Shown here piece by piece: positions 21,115 to 31,231 of a DNA stretch of 64,000 nt. Location: assembly GCA_963740315.1 (NCBI GenBank), contig CAVUDP010000004.1:320001-384000 (forward strand), given 5' to 3'. Every line of letters begins with the position of its first letter. Position 1 is the first letter of the stretch. The notes under the pieces were generated by a model. It made no database searches and was not told the origin of the DNA. It saw nothing but the letters and a program-made list of their open reading frames with translations. Source of the DNA: an uncultured cyanobacterium (GTDB taxonomy: Bacteria > Cyanobacteriota > Cyanobacteriia > Cyanobacteriales > Nostocaceae). A program made the position numbers and the translations under genes.

Positions 21115-23519
21115 ATGACAAACGAAAACTGGCAAGGTATTAATTTCAAAGACTCAAATCCCACGATTAAAGATAATACTTTCAATTTCCATCAACAGAA
21201 AAGCCTTTTGAACCAATCAAATATCTTCCGAAACATGGAAGTGAAACTTTATCGGCAGAGAAGATGAATTTCATCACTATACACAATTTTCTGAAACAAA
21301 CAATAAAGTCGCCATTTCTTCTTTGTCGGGTATGGGTGGTGTCGGTAAAACTGAGTTAGCGGTACGGTACGCACGAAAACACGAAAATGATTATCCCGGT
21401 GGGATTTGTTGGTTAAATGTTAGAGGTACAAATTTAGCTGCGGAAATTATTCAATTTGTCCAACAAATGGGTTTGCAAGTTCCTCAAAAAGATTTCCAAG
21501 AAAATCCGCTGACTCTGGAACAACAATTAGCTTGGTGTTGGCAAAATTGGCTACCACCAGAAGGTTTTGTGTTGGTAATATTAGATGATGTGACTGATTT
21601 AGAAGATATTTCTGAGTTACTACCATCTTTTCAGCGCTTCCGGGTTTTGATCACAACCAGGTTGCGAGATATCGACACTAATGTTGAGGAAATATCCCTT
21701 GATGTGTTGTCAGCAAAAGAAGCTTTAGAATTATTGAAAAAGTTAATTGGTGAAAGGGAAGTAAATAAAGAATTTTATTCAGCCCAAGAATTATGTAAAT
21801 GGTTGGGATATTTACCTTTAGGGATAGAGTTTGTCGGAAGGTATATACGGGAAAAACCCCCCATTTTTCTTTAAAGAAAATGCTGGAGCAGTTACAACAG
21901 CAACGACTTCAAGACGAAGCAATCAATAGCAAAAAGGATTACGTACAGCCCAATTAGGAGTTTTAGCCGCATTTGAATTAAGTTGGAAAGAACTGAATTC
22001 TACAACACAGCAAGTTGCCACGTTATTAAGTTTATTTGCAGCAGATATTTCTGTGGGAGTGGCTAAAGATGAGTAAATCCCTCAACTTATCTTGGGATGA
22101 ACTGATGTTGAGATAGCTATTAAGGTGAAAAATAAGTTTACCAACGTCATTTGGTTCAGTCTTTAGAATATGAAGATGTATTTTACTATCAAATTCATCC
22201 TTTAATTCGAGAGTTTTTCAAAAATTAAATTACAAACATCTCACAAATAAACGAATTAAAACAAGCAAAGCTTTACCAGCACTTTTATTGAAATTGCTCA
22301 AACAATTCCCGAAACAACAACCCTAGAATTTATCAACTCAGTTAAAAATGCTATTCCCCATTTAGCAGAAGTCGCCGAAAATCATATTCTTGATGTAGTT
22401 AGCAATGACAATTTAATTTGCATTTTCTCTGGTTTAGGGAGATTTTATCAAGGACAGGGTTTATATATATTAGCAGAACCTTGGTATCAGCACTGCGTGT
22501 CAGTAGTAAAATTTCGCTTAGGAGAAAATCATCCCTCCCTGCAACGAGCTTGAACAATTTAGCTAATCTCTACTAATCTCAAGGAAAGTACGAAGCAGCA
22601 GAACCTCTTTTTATTCAAGCATTGGAGTTATATAAACAGCTACTCACAGAAAATCATCCCTCGGTTGCAATCTGAGTTTGAACAATTTAGGTGGACTCTA
22701 CGAATTCTCAAGGAAGGTACGAAGCAGCAGAACCTCTTTATATTCAAGCATTAGAGTTAAGAAAACAGCTACTCACAGAAAATCATCCCGATGTGCACAG
22801 AGCTTGAACAATTTAGCTAATCTCTACAAATCTCAAGGAAGGTACGAAGCAGCAGAACCCTCTTTATCTGCAAGCTTTGGAGTTATTTAAACAGCATCTC
22901 GGAGAAAATCATCCCCATGTTGCAACCAGCTTGAACAATTTAGCTTTACTCTACTTATTCTCAAGAAAAGTACGAAGCAGCAGAACCTCTTTATCTGCAA
23001 GCATTGGAGTTATACAAACAGCTACTCACAGAAAATCATCCCCATGTTGCACAGAGTTTGAACAATTTAGCTTTACTCTACAATTCTCAAGGAAAGTACG
23101 AACAAGCAGAACCCCTTTATATCCAAGCATTGGAGTTATATAAACAGCTACTCACAGAAAATCATCCCGATTTTGCTCTGAGCTTGAACAATTTAGCTTA
23201 CCTCTACAATTCTCAAGAAAAGTACGAAGCAGCAGAACCTCTTTATCTGCAAGCTTTGGAGTTAAGGAAACAGCTACTCACAGAAAATCATCCCGATTTT
23301 GCTCTGAGCTTGAACAATTTAGCTTTACTCTACTACTCTCAAGGAAAGTACGAAGCAGCAGAACCTCTTTATATTCAAGCATTGGAGATTGCGGAACGGG
23401 TTTTGGGGAAAAATCATCCGAATACAGTGACTTTTCGGAAAAACCTGGAATATTTACGTAAAAAGCAACAACAAGATGATTCTTTGTTAGGAGGTTTGAA
23501 AAGGTGGTTTTTCGAGTGA
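21115..23519 (+). pseudogene. NB-ARC + TPR NLR-like gene, broken by many frameshifts (pseudogene or assembly error)
   Basis: ATG 21115 MTNENWQGIN...; FIGRE; P-loop GMGGVGKT; VILDDV; ITTR; GYLPL; about 7 TPR units of 42 aa (ENHPxxAxSLNNLAxLYxSQGKYEAAEPLY). Confidence 0.85.
22524..23420 (+). repeat. ~126-bp tandem repeats encoding TPR units
   Basis: GAAAATCATCCC...AGCTTGAACAATTTAGCT recurs about every 126 nt. Confidence 0.85.
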
Positions 23520-23702
23520 TATTTTGTGAAGTGTAGAATCCCGATTTTTGGAACTGTCATTGCGAGTCGAATACAGGGTAGCGATCGCACTCGTTGGTAG
23601 TTGAGGTGTTGGGATTGCTTCCTTCGTCGCAATGACAGTTTGACATTCAAAAGCCAGACGGAATATCAAATTCTGCTTCCGGGCTAATAATTCACCGATC
23701 GT

Positions 23703-23927
23703 TCATTTATCAAAACCCAATCGCTGCTTAACCTCTTCCCAAGTTGAACCCTGCTGTGGATTTTGACGATGCAATTCTAATCTTCTATCTAATTCTTGTT
23801 TTTGACTTTCGCTTAAAGGAAAATCAGCATTACTCTTAGCCAGAATACTATCCCATAAATCCTCAGCTAGTTGTATCCGCTCAGATACGCTTAATTCCGA
23901 AATATCAACTTTTAATATAGGATGCAT
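23703..23927 (-). CDS. Orphan addiction-module antitoxin (TIGR02574-like)
   Basis: LSVSERIQLAEDLWDSI...QKQELDRRL...TWEEVKQRL; no toxin follows. Confidence 0.82.
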   Translation of the reverse strand: MHPILKVDISELSVSERIQLAEDLWDSILAKSNADFPLSESQKQELDRRLELHRQNPQQGSTWEEVKQRLGFDK

Positions 23928-23978
23928 AGTTATTTTTTTTAATTGACTATTATTTATAATATTAAGTTAATCACCTAC

Positions 23979-24383
23979 TCATTTAAAAACAAACAAGCTC
24001 GAATCAACATGAAATAAATTTCCTAATTCTACAGCCTGTTGTGAAGTTATTTTTAATTCATTATTGATAACTTTATCAACATTTTCTATAGAACCAAAAA
24101 TTGGAATTAAAATTTTCTTGTTTTTCTCTTGTGCTTCCATTAAATGAAGCATTATAGAGCAAGGTGTAGATTTATTTAATTGATAATGTTTATCTTCAAA
24201 ATCTTCAATCAATTTGACTAATAGGTCTAAAATCGTATTTTCTTCTGGTGTTAGATTTTTACGCGCTAGCAATTCTTCTACAACCTCTAAGAATTCCTCA
24301 TTCTCTGCTTCTGTTTGGATAATTCGAGGTTGATATTTAGAGAGTAATTGACTATAAATTTCTGAATTAATAGTAAGGGTCAT
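23979..24383 (-). CDS. higA: HigA-like antitoxin, copy 2
   Basis: YQPRII.TE.ENE...LLVKLIEDFE...LHLMEA...A..LG.LFHV; paralog of 24707-25111; ATG overlaps a higB remnant. Confidence 0.8.
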   Translation of the reverse strand: MTLTINSEIYSQLLSKYQPRIIQTEAENEEFLEVVEELLARKNLTPEENTILDLLVKLIEDFEDKHYQLNKSTPCSIMLHLMEAQEKNKKILIPIFGSIENVDKVINNELKITSQQAVELGNLFHVDSSLFVFK

Positions 24384-24411
24384 TTTTCCACTTATCTTTG
24401 TCATATTCTGC
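24367..24411 (-). pseudogene. 3' remnant of a higB toxin gene
   Basis: Reads AEYDKDKWKNDPYY*, matching the intact HigB end AEYDKDKWKNDPYF*; begins at HIP1 24410-24417. Confidence 0.75.
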
Positions 24412-24429
24412 GATCGCTGTGATATTTAT

Positions 24430-24642
24430 CTAAATTAAGAATCTAGCCATTGGTTTCTTCTGCTTTAATTTCATTGCAGTTTCTATACCAGTTTTATCAA
24501 TTCCATATTCGCCAGTTTCCGCATCAATTGTAATCATCTTGCCAATATTTTCACCATGCTCAACTTGTTGGCGAATACCATTTTCGTAAAATTCTTTAGC
24601 TCTTTGGGCAACTTCTTCTACAGTCCAGAAAAGCGATCGCAT
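24430..24642 (-). CDS. Hypothetical protein, probably a truncated fragment
   Basis: EEVAQRAKEFYENGIRQQVE..NIGKMITIDAETGEY is a recurrent cyanobacterial small-protein pattern; HIP1 sites at or near both ends. Confidence 0.55.
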   Translation of the reverse strand: MRSLFWTVEEVAQRAKEFYENGIRQQVEHGENIGKMITIDAETGEYGIDKTGIETAMKLKQKKPMARFLI

Positions 24643-24706
24643 AATAATTAAACCTACTTTTGGTCTAGTGTTTTTTATCTTTTAATTATAACTTTAAGTC
24701 GATCGC

Positions 24707-25111
24707 CTACTTATTTAAAAACAAACTCGCATCAACATGAAATAAATTTCCCAATTTCTGAGCCTGTTCTAAATTTATTTCTAAATCACTATTTATAACT
24801 TGATCGACTATCTCAAGGGAACCAAAAACTTGTATTAAACTTTCCTTCGTTTTATCTTGCGCTTCCATTAAATGTAGAAGCATCGAACTAGCTGTACCTT
24901 TAGGAATTGGATAATGAACTTCTTCAAATTTTTCAATTAGTATTATCAAAAGTTCTAAAAGCGTTTCTTCTTCCGGCGTTTTATTCGGACGATGCTCTAA
25001 TTCTTCAGCCAGAGCTATAGCTTGGTCATTCTCTTCTTCTGTCGCAATTGTTTTTGGTTGATACTTAGCTAATAATTGACCATAAGATTCAGCATTAAAA
25101 GTACGGGTCAT
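24707..25111 (-). CDS. higA: HigA-like antitoxin
   Basis: Overlaps the higB stop; YQPK.I.TEEEN...LIEKFE...LHLMEA. Confidence 0.85.
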   Translation of the reverse strand: MTRTFNAESYGQLLAKYQPKTIATEEENDQAIALAEELEHRPNKTPEEETLLELLIILIEKFEEVHYPIPKGTASSMLLHLMEAQDKTKESLIQVFGSLEIVDQVINSDLEINLEQAQKLGNLFHVDASLFLNK

Positions 25112-25394
25112 TTTTCCATTTATCCTTATCGTATTCAGCGTGAGTCAGAACATATTTAATATAGATTCTCTGGCTAGAATAAATAATATCTACTATTAAA
25201 CGGTAGTTGTTTCCTTTTATATTAAATACAGTAAAATTGCCAACAGCTTCAGCCTTTGGATAAATCATTTGAATATCAATAAGATTTTTCCATTCAGCTT
25301 TAGTAGCTACCCTATACCAATCATAAAGCGCATCACAAGAATCCGCGTGTACCTCACAATATTCTCGCAGGATTTTGCGACTAATTACGTGCAT
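25095..25394 (-). CDS. higB: HigB toxin (mRNA interferase)
   Basis: MHVISRK.L...VFNIKGNNYRLIV...LTHAEYDK. Confidence 0.9.
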   Translation of the reverse strand: MHVISRKILREYCEVHADSCDALYDWYRVATKAEWKNLIDIQMIYPKAEAVGNFTVFNIKGNNYRLIVDIIYSSQRIYIKYVLTHAEYDKDKWKNDPYF

Positions 25395-25420
25395 GATATT
25401 TGTTAGCGGATAATTTTCTA

Positions 25421-25597
25421 CTAATCATATAGTGCTTCATCGCATATAGAGATCGAAGTATATTTACCACTTTCAACTTGACTTTGGATAAATTTATCAA
25501 ATTCAGTAGTTAAGGAGATACTTATAAATATTTAATCAAAAACTTCTACTAAATCGTCCTTCGTCATATCCTGCGCTTCCATCAGATGTATAAATGC
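25421..25597 (-). pseudogene. Remnants of a ParD-like RHH antitoxin and a third higA
   Basis: 25525-25421 reads ISISLTTEFDKFIQSQVESGKYTS...; 25597-25532 reads AFIHLMEAQDMTKDDLVEVFD* (compare HigA LHLMEAQDKTKESLIQVFG). Confidence 0.6.
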
Positions 25598-25680
25598 TGA
25601 AAAAGTAAAAAAACTTAACTGGTAACTGCTAACTGTTAACTGTTCACTGATAACATTATGAGAAAATTGAGGGAATCCCA

Positions 25681-26421
25681 ATGGTGTGGCAGCGTCCGGA
25701 TGGTAGAAAGGCTGACGAACTTCGTCCTGTTATTTTTGTAAAAGATTTTACACGTTATGCTGCTGGTTCGGTTCTGGCAAAGTGTGGTGAAACTCAAGTG
25801 CTTTGTACCGTTAGCGTTAACGAAGGAGTACCCAGATTTCTCATGGATAGCGGTAAAGGTTGGTTAACAGCCGAGTATCGAATGTTGCCCGGAGCAACTC
25901 AACAGCGACACCAAAGAGAAACCATGAAATTATCGGGGAGAACTCAAGAAATTCAGCGTTTGATAGGACGCAGTTTAAGAGCCGCTTTAGATTTTGAAGC
26001 CTTGGGAGAACGTACTTTGACGGTAGATGCAGACGTACTGCAAGCCGACGCTGGAACCCGCACCACAGCCATCACCGGGGGATTTGTGGCATTAGCGATC
26101 GCCATTTCTAAATTGATCGATGAAGGTGTTTTAGAGCGATCGCCAATAATCGGACAAATCGCCGCAGTTTCTGTAGGTTTACTAGAAGGAGAAGCATTTT
26201 TAGATTTAAACTATCCCGAAGACGTTGCTGCTGATGTAGATTTCAACGTAGTGATGAATCAAAATCAAGGAATCATCGAAGTTCAAGGAACAGCAGAAGA
26301 AGGTAGTTTTAGCCGTACTCAATTAAATAGCTTATTAGATTGTGCCGAAAAAGGCATCGAGCAACTATTAGCCACGCAAAGAGAAGCTATACCGCAGTGG
26401 GGGGAGATATTTGCAGGGTAG
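25681..26421 (+). CDS. rph: Ribonuclease PH
   Basis: [37 protein letters not shown]. Confidence 0.96.
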   Translation: MVWQRPDGRKADELRPVIFVKDFTRYAAGSVLAKCGETQVLCTVSVNEGVPRFLMDSGKGWLTAEYRMLPGATQQRHQRETMKLSGRTQEIQRLIGRSLRAALDFEALGERTLTVDADVLQADAGTRTTAITGGFVALAIAISKLIDEGVLERSPIIGQIAAVSVGLLEGEAFLDLNYPEDVAADVDFNVVMNQNQGIIEVQGTAEEGSFSRTQLNSLLDCAEKGIEQLLATQREAIPQWGEIFAG

Positions 26422-26873
26422 AGGGGAGATGGGGAGATGGGGGGATGGGGAGATTGTAATTAGAAATATAAAACCATAAGTAGTGCGAGCATCTTGCTCG
26501 CTCGATACAAGATCGTAAGATGCTTGCTTGCACTACTAACCTCTTATCCCCTTTTTTAAAGGCGCTTGTTATTAAGCGCTCATATGATAGATCGCAAGAT
26601 GCTTGCTCGCACTACTAACCTCTTGTCCTTTTGTCCCCTTGTCTCCCCCTCTCCCTATCTCCCCATCCCCCCCGCTCGCCGCACGCTCCGCGTGAACGGG
26701 TTGCGCCACTTCTCTCAACGGTCGTGTTCCTCCGCACGTTTTGGGCTTACCATCTCCCCATCTCCCCCTCTCCCAATGCCCAATTCCCATTATTAAAAGT
26801 TCCACAAGTAGAAAGCAGAATTACAATATCAACGGTATGGTTATCCCAGAAGTGAGCTAGGTTGTTTTAGCTG

Positions 26874-27596
26874 ATGAATAAAAAAGTTGAAGTATTAGTG
26901 GATAAGAAAGCGGTGGTAGAGCGGGCGCTTTCCCTAATTTTGTCGAAAGTAGAAACTGCTATTCAACAACGCGGACGTTTCACTATTGCGTTGTCTGGTG
27001 GTAGCACTCCCAAACCGTTGTATGAAGCATTGGGTAAGCAACAACTGCCTTGGGATAAAATTCATGTACTATGGGGTGACGAACGTTATGTTGCAGCAGA
27101 TCATGCCGATAGCAATCAGTTGATGGCGCGTAGTGCATGGCTGGATAAAGTTGATATTCCTGCCTATAATATTCACGCGATGCCTACGGATGCACCCGAT
27201 CCTGCTGAAGCTGCGGCACTGTACGAACAAGATTTACGGAAATTGTTTGATGCAAAACCAGGAGAATTTCCGGCAATTGATGTGATTTTGCTGGGAATGG
27301 GCGACGATGCTCATACTGCGTCTTTGTTTCCTAACACAGAAGCATTGAAAGTTACCGATAAGCTAGTTACAGTAGGCAACAAAGATAGTTCGATCCGTCT
27401 TAGTTTTACTTATCCATTTATTAACGCGGCTGAATGCGTCATATTTTTGGTAGCTGGTGAGAATAAAAGACCAGCTTTAGCTCAAGTTTTCGCACCAACG
27501 GCATCGTCCACTACTTATCCTTCTCGTTTGATTCAACCCCAAAAAGAACTTTGGTGGCTTTTAGATCGGGCTGCTGGTGCGGAAATCAAAGTTTAA
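26874..27596 (+). CDS. pgl: 6-phosphogluconolactonase (DevB)
   Basis: ALSGGSTPK, WGDERYV, LLGMGDDAHTASLFP. Confidence 0.95.
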   Translation: MNKKVEVLVDKKAVVERALSLILSKVETAIQQRGRFTIALSGGSTPKPLYEALGKQQLPWDKIHVLWGDERYVAADHADSNQLMARSAWLDKVDIPAYNIHAMPTDAPDPAEAAALYEQDLRKLFDAKPGEFPAIDVILLGMGDDAHTASLFPNTEALKVTDKLVTVGNKDSSIRLSFTYPFINAAECVIFLVAGENKRPALAQVFAPTASSTTYPSRLIQPQKELWWLLDRAAGAEIKV

Positions 27597-27887
27597 CGGC
27601 GAAATTGTAAGTAATTGTTAAAATCAAAAGCGACCGAAAAATTTTAGATTTTAGATTTTGCGGAAAGTTTGGGGTGTAGATGTTCTTCCCCCAAAACTTT
27701 CCTGCTCCAGATTTTGGATTAAATTACGAATGGTTTCAAGCCCCTAGTTTTAACAATCCAAAATCTTCAAGCCCTGCTCCTGCAATTGATGCGGAAAATC
27801 CTAAATCCTAAATCCTAAATTGAGTCACAGATGCTTGTCTGCTTGCCAGCACTATTTTACGATGAACTTGAGAAAAGGTTTAATTCC

Positions 27888-28790
27888 ATGATTGTCTGCC
27901 CGAACTGCAATCATCCCAACCCAGATGGCGCTGTCCAATGCGAAGCTTGCTATACCCCCCTACCGGCAACTACTAGCTGTCCGGGCTGCGGGGCAACCGT
28001 GCAAGCAGATGCGTCTTTTTGCGGACAGTGTGGTTACAATTTACGCTCTCTTCCCGGAGTAGAACCAACCGTTGCTCCCGATACTCCAGTAGAGGTACCA
28101 TCTTTGGGCGATCCACCAACTGTTAACGTGAATCAGGAAGAAGCTTCTTCTTTACCACCAACAGCAGTAGCAGTTCCCCAAGGATTTGAACCACCATCCA
28201 CCGAAGTTAGTCCTCCACCAACTATGCCATCCGAACCCGAAAGTGGAGAACAAGAAATAGCAACTCCACTTCCAGCAGTTACACCACCCCCGGTTAACGT
28301 TGCCGAACCTGCACCCGCATCAGTTGAAGAGGAAGAAGCTTCCTTTTTTGAGGCATTACCAGATTTAACAACAGAACCGGAGCCTGAAACAGAACCGGAA
28401 ACTGCACCCGCACCCGCACCTCCACCCGCAGCAAGTTCTCCTTCTAGAACTCAATTGCAGCAGGTAAGCGCTCGCTTGATTCATGTTAAAAGCGATACAC
28501 AAATTGAACTACCGCAAAATCTTTCCGTAATTCATATTGGTAAAGCAAACGATCGAGTTCCCCCAGATATTGACATTTCTGGATTTGAAAACTCGGAAGT
28601 TGTTTCGCGGATTCATGCCGATATTCGAGTTGAAGGAGACGCTTACTATATCGAAGATGTAGGAAGTTCCAACGGTACCTACGTTAACGGAATGTCCTTG
28701 CTACCCGGAAATCGTCACCGCTTGCGCCCTGGCGATCGCATAAGTATGGGTAAAGGAGAATTGGTAGGTTTCTTATTCCAAATTTCTTAA
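27888..28790 (+). CDS. fraH: FraH-like double zinc-ribbon + Pro-rich linker + FHA protein
   Basis: Four CxxC pairs, P/E-rich linker, FHA motifs VSRIHA and DVGSSNGT; follows pgl as in Anabaena. Confidence 0.85.
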   Translation: MIVCPNCNHPNPDGAVQCEACYTPLPATTSCPGCGATVQADASFCGQCGYNLRSLPGVEPTVAPDTPVEVPSLGDPPTVNVNQEEASSLPPTAVAVPQGFEPPSTEVSPPPTMPSEPESGEQEIATPLPAVTPPPVNVAEPAPASVEEEEASFFEALPDLTTEPEPETEPETAPAPAPPPAASSPSRTQLQQVSARLIHVKSDTQIELPQNLSVIHIGKANDRVPPDIDISGFENSEVVSRIHADIRVEGDAYYIEDVGSSNGTYVNGMSLLPGNRHRLRPGDRISMGKGELVGFLFQIS

Positions 28791-28813
28791 TTTCTTAAAC
28801 TTAAAAAGTTAAC

Positions 28814-28847
28814 AAAACCCTTCTCTAAGAATCAAGAGAGGGGTTTT
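28814..28847 (+). terminator. Probable intrinsic terminator after fraH
   Basis: AAAACCCTTCTCT...AGAGAGGGGTTTT stem-loop. Confidence 0.6.
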
Positions 28848-28957
28848 ACATTTATGGGTAATTGGTAATCGGAAGTATTAAAGATATCTATAAACCATTA
28901 AAATTGCAGAAAACATCATTACAGATGACACTTTAATGACTCGATCGGTGAAGTAAT

Positions 28958-29048
28958 TTTTAGTTCGTAGTAAGCGATTTATCGCTCTCTTAAGCACTAT
29001 CTAACGCGAAAGAGAAGGACTGAAGTCCTTACTACGAACCTAATATTT
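28958..29048 (+). repeat. 91-bp REP/MITE-like element, copy 1
   Basis: Inverted ends GTTCGTAGTAAG/CTTACTACGAAC; identical copy at 29675-29765. Confidence 0.85.
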
Positions 29049-29217
29049 ACGATTGTAATATCAATTTGTTAACCCTCAATCGAATAGCCCCTTAAGTACG
29101 GAAACACGGACATCATCCGATCGAAGCAATTGTTACAGACATCACCTATGATTTTCGGTAGATGAGAATCTCAAGATAATGTTGTATCCTTGTCCGTGTT
29201 TGTCTACGGTGAATGCG

Positions 29218-29673
29218 ATGAAATTTCTACTCAGTGGTGTAATTGTTACTTTGGGGCTGTTACCCATGACGGCACAAGCACAACAGCAATCCTTGAATAC
29301 TCAAGTTTCAGCAATGGTAGAAGCATTGCGATTGGCTGCACCAAAAACAGGGAAAGTAAATGATGGATATTACAGCGAATGGCAAGTTAAACCAGAAACT
29401 TTGAAAGCTTGGTCAAAATTTTGTTTGAAAAAAGAAGTTACACCAGCAGAGTTTGAAAAGAATGCTCAATTAGCTCGTCAAGTCGTTAGTTGTGTCACCC
29501 AACGAGAATTAAAAGGACAATTAGCAGCTACAAATAATAATCAAACAGAAGCCGTGCGTCGTACAGCTTGTTGGTGGATGACTGGTGAATACAAAGGCTG
29601 CAATAGTGGTTTTACTGCTGATTATGTGAAAAAAGTTTTAGGTTATTACCAGAAACCAAAAATCAGCACGTAA
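29218..29673 (+). CDS. Secreted hypothetical protein, possibly lysozyme-like fold
   Basis: Signal peptide ending AQA; 4 Cys; C-terminal TADYVKKVL resembles the lytic transglycosylase terminal helix. Confidence 0.65.
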   Translation: MKFLLSGVIVTLGLLPMTAQAQQQSLNTQVSAMVEALRLAAPKTGKVNDGYYSEWQVKPETLKAWSKFCLKKEVTPAEFEKNAQLARQVVSCVTQRELKGQLAATNNNQTEAVRRTACWWMTGEYKGCNSGFTADYVKKVLGYYQKPKIST

Positions 29674-29674
29674 A

Positions 29675-29765
29675 TTTTAGTTCGTAGTAAGCGATTTATC
29701 GCTCTCTTAAGCACTATCTAACGCGAAAGAGAAGGACTGAAGTCCTTACTACGAACCTAATATTT
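29675..29765 (+). repeat. 91-bp REP/MITE-like element, copy 2
   Basis: Identical to 28958-29048, same orientation. Confidence 0.85.
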
Positions 29766-29842
29766 TAGTTTTTAGGTTGGGTGGAACTTTGTTACACTGG
29801 GAGCATCAAACATACAGAATTCATTCAATTTTTCTGCAATAT

Positions 29843-30557
29843 TCATGATTGTAATATCAATTTGTTATCCCTTACTCGAATTGACTTTAACTTTTTGATA
29901 ATAGGATTTGCTTCTTTTCCGATTTGTTCTCTTATTGATTGTAGTGAATTTCGATTATCTGGGGTTTTTGAAGCAATAATAAAATGAATAATACCGGATG
30001 AAAAACCCTTTTGACTAAGCTTATATTCCGAGTTATCAATATTTTTGTTAAATGAGCTTATGAATCTACGATATTCAACAACTTGACCGTTTTCTATCTC
30101 AAATTTAACCGCTCGTTGACTCAAAAGAGTATTATTAGATGTGAAAAATAATTTCGTTATTTTGAATATCAAAGCAATTAAATGCCTCAAAAGCTTTGTA
30201 TTTTACAGGTCTTCTTAAATATTCAAGATTAACTTCTGCATAAAGTACGTTAATATCCTCAGCAGATAAAACTAATTCTACACTTCTATCAAAACGAACG
30301 GCTGTATTGAAAGCTATTACACGTCCTCTAACTTCTGGATATTTTTCTATACTGATTTCTTTTAATGGTGGCAACCCTAAGTCCAAATCTATTTTATTAC
30401 CAATAAATATTAAAGCTATTAAATTATCAAATGACCATCCTAATACAGTGATAGGTAGGCGCTGCATATGTATATAATGATTATGAGAATAACAAAATTT
30501 TATTATCTCAAATATCCTACGAAACTTAAAACTATAAAGGCATTCCCCTAATCGCAA
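29843..30557 (-). pseudogene. Probable fragmented hypothetical gene (two overlapping ORFs)
   Basis: Overlapping same-strand ORFs 30135-30557 and 29843-30190, very AT-rich, no family recognised. Confidence 0.35.
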
Positions 30558-30593
30558 AGGGTAAAATTAAAGAACTTAAACCCATTCACAGTT

Positions 30594-30827
30594 ATGACCA
30601 CTAAAATTACATTAGAACTAGATGAATCTTTGCTTCAAAAAGCAGAACGTTGGGCGCAGCAGCAACAACTTTCCCTAACTGAAGCGATTTCTAGTTTTCT
30701 ACGTCAGTTACCAGAAGCGGATGCGATCGCGCAACAGGAACATCCTTTAGCGAAGTTTGCTGGAATTTTAAGTGATTCTGAAGCTTTAGAATTACAGCAG
30801 GTAATCGCCGCATTTGAGCAGATTTAA
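30594..30827 (+). CDS. Orphan antitoxin-like small protein (RHH/CopG-type)
   Basis: KITLELDESLLQKAERWA..LSL; HPLAKFAGILSD; no toxin downstream. Confidence 0.6.
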   Translation: MTTKITLELDESLLQKAERWAQQQQLSLTEAISSFLRQLPEADAIAQQEHPLAKFAGILSDSEALELQQVIAAFEQI

Positions 30828-31231
30828 ACATCTTGTTTTAAAAAACCTCGTAATTTAACAAGTTCTCTCCTTTGTTTTGCACTATCTGCGAATTCATCTA
30901 ATTTCTCTATTAATTTGATAACAGCAGTTTTAACTTCTTCTATAAATTGATATTTATTCAAAATAATTGTTTTCTGACTTCCATATTCTATTTCAAGTAG
31001 GTTGTTTTTACAGCTAAAAATAAGATCGTTAGGTTCAACTATTGTGTCTGCTCTTACTACATCTTCTGTTTTCATACGTTCAACTCCCTCCACAAAAGCT
31101 TCAAAAAAATTATCGAGATATATATAATCTTTTATAATAATTCCTTCATCTCCTGAAATCTGAATATTTCCTATTGGATCGTATAAATCTGCTTTGTCTG
31201 ACCTATGCAAATTCCATTCTAAATAATTCAT
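30824..31231 (-). CDS. Hypothetical protein
   Basis: 135-aa ATG ORF; no family recognised. Confidence 0.55.
   Translation of the reverse strand: MNYLEWNLHRSDKADLYDPIGNIQISGDEGIIIKDYIYLDNFFEAFVEGVERMKTEDVVRADTIVEPNDLIFSCKNNLLEIEYGSQKTIILNKYQFIEEVKTAVIKLIEKLDEFADSAKQRRELVKLRGFLKQDV

Noticed and set aside
22524..23420. Regularly spaced repeats resembling a CRISPR array
   Set aside because: 126-nt coding TPR units with no unique spacers and no cas genes
26566..26855. Three overlapping short ORFs between rph and pgl
   Set aside because: Made of STRR and small palindromic repeats
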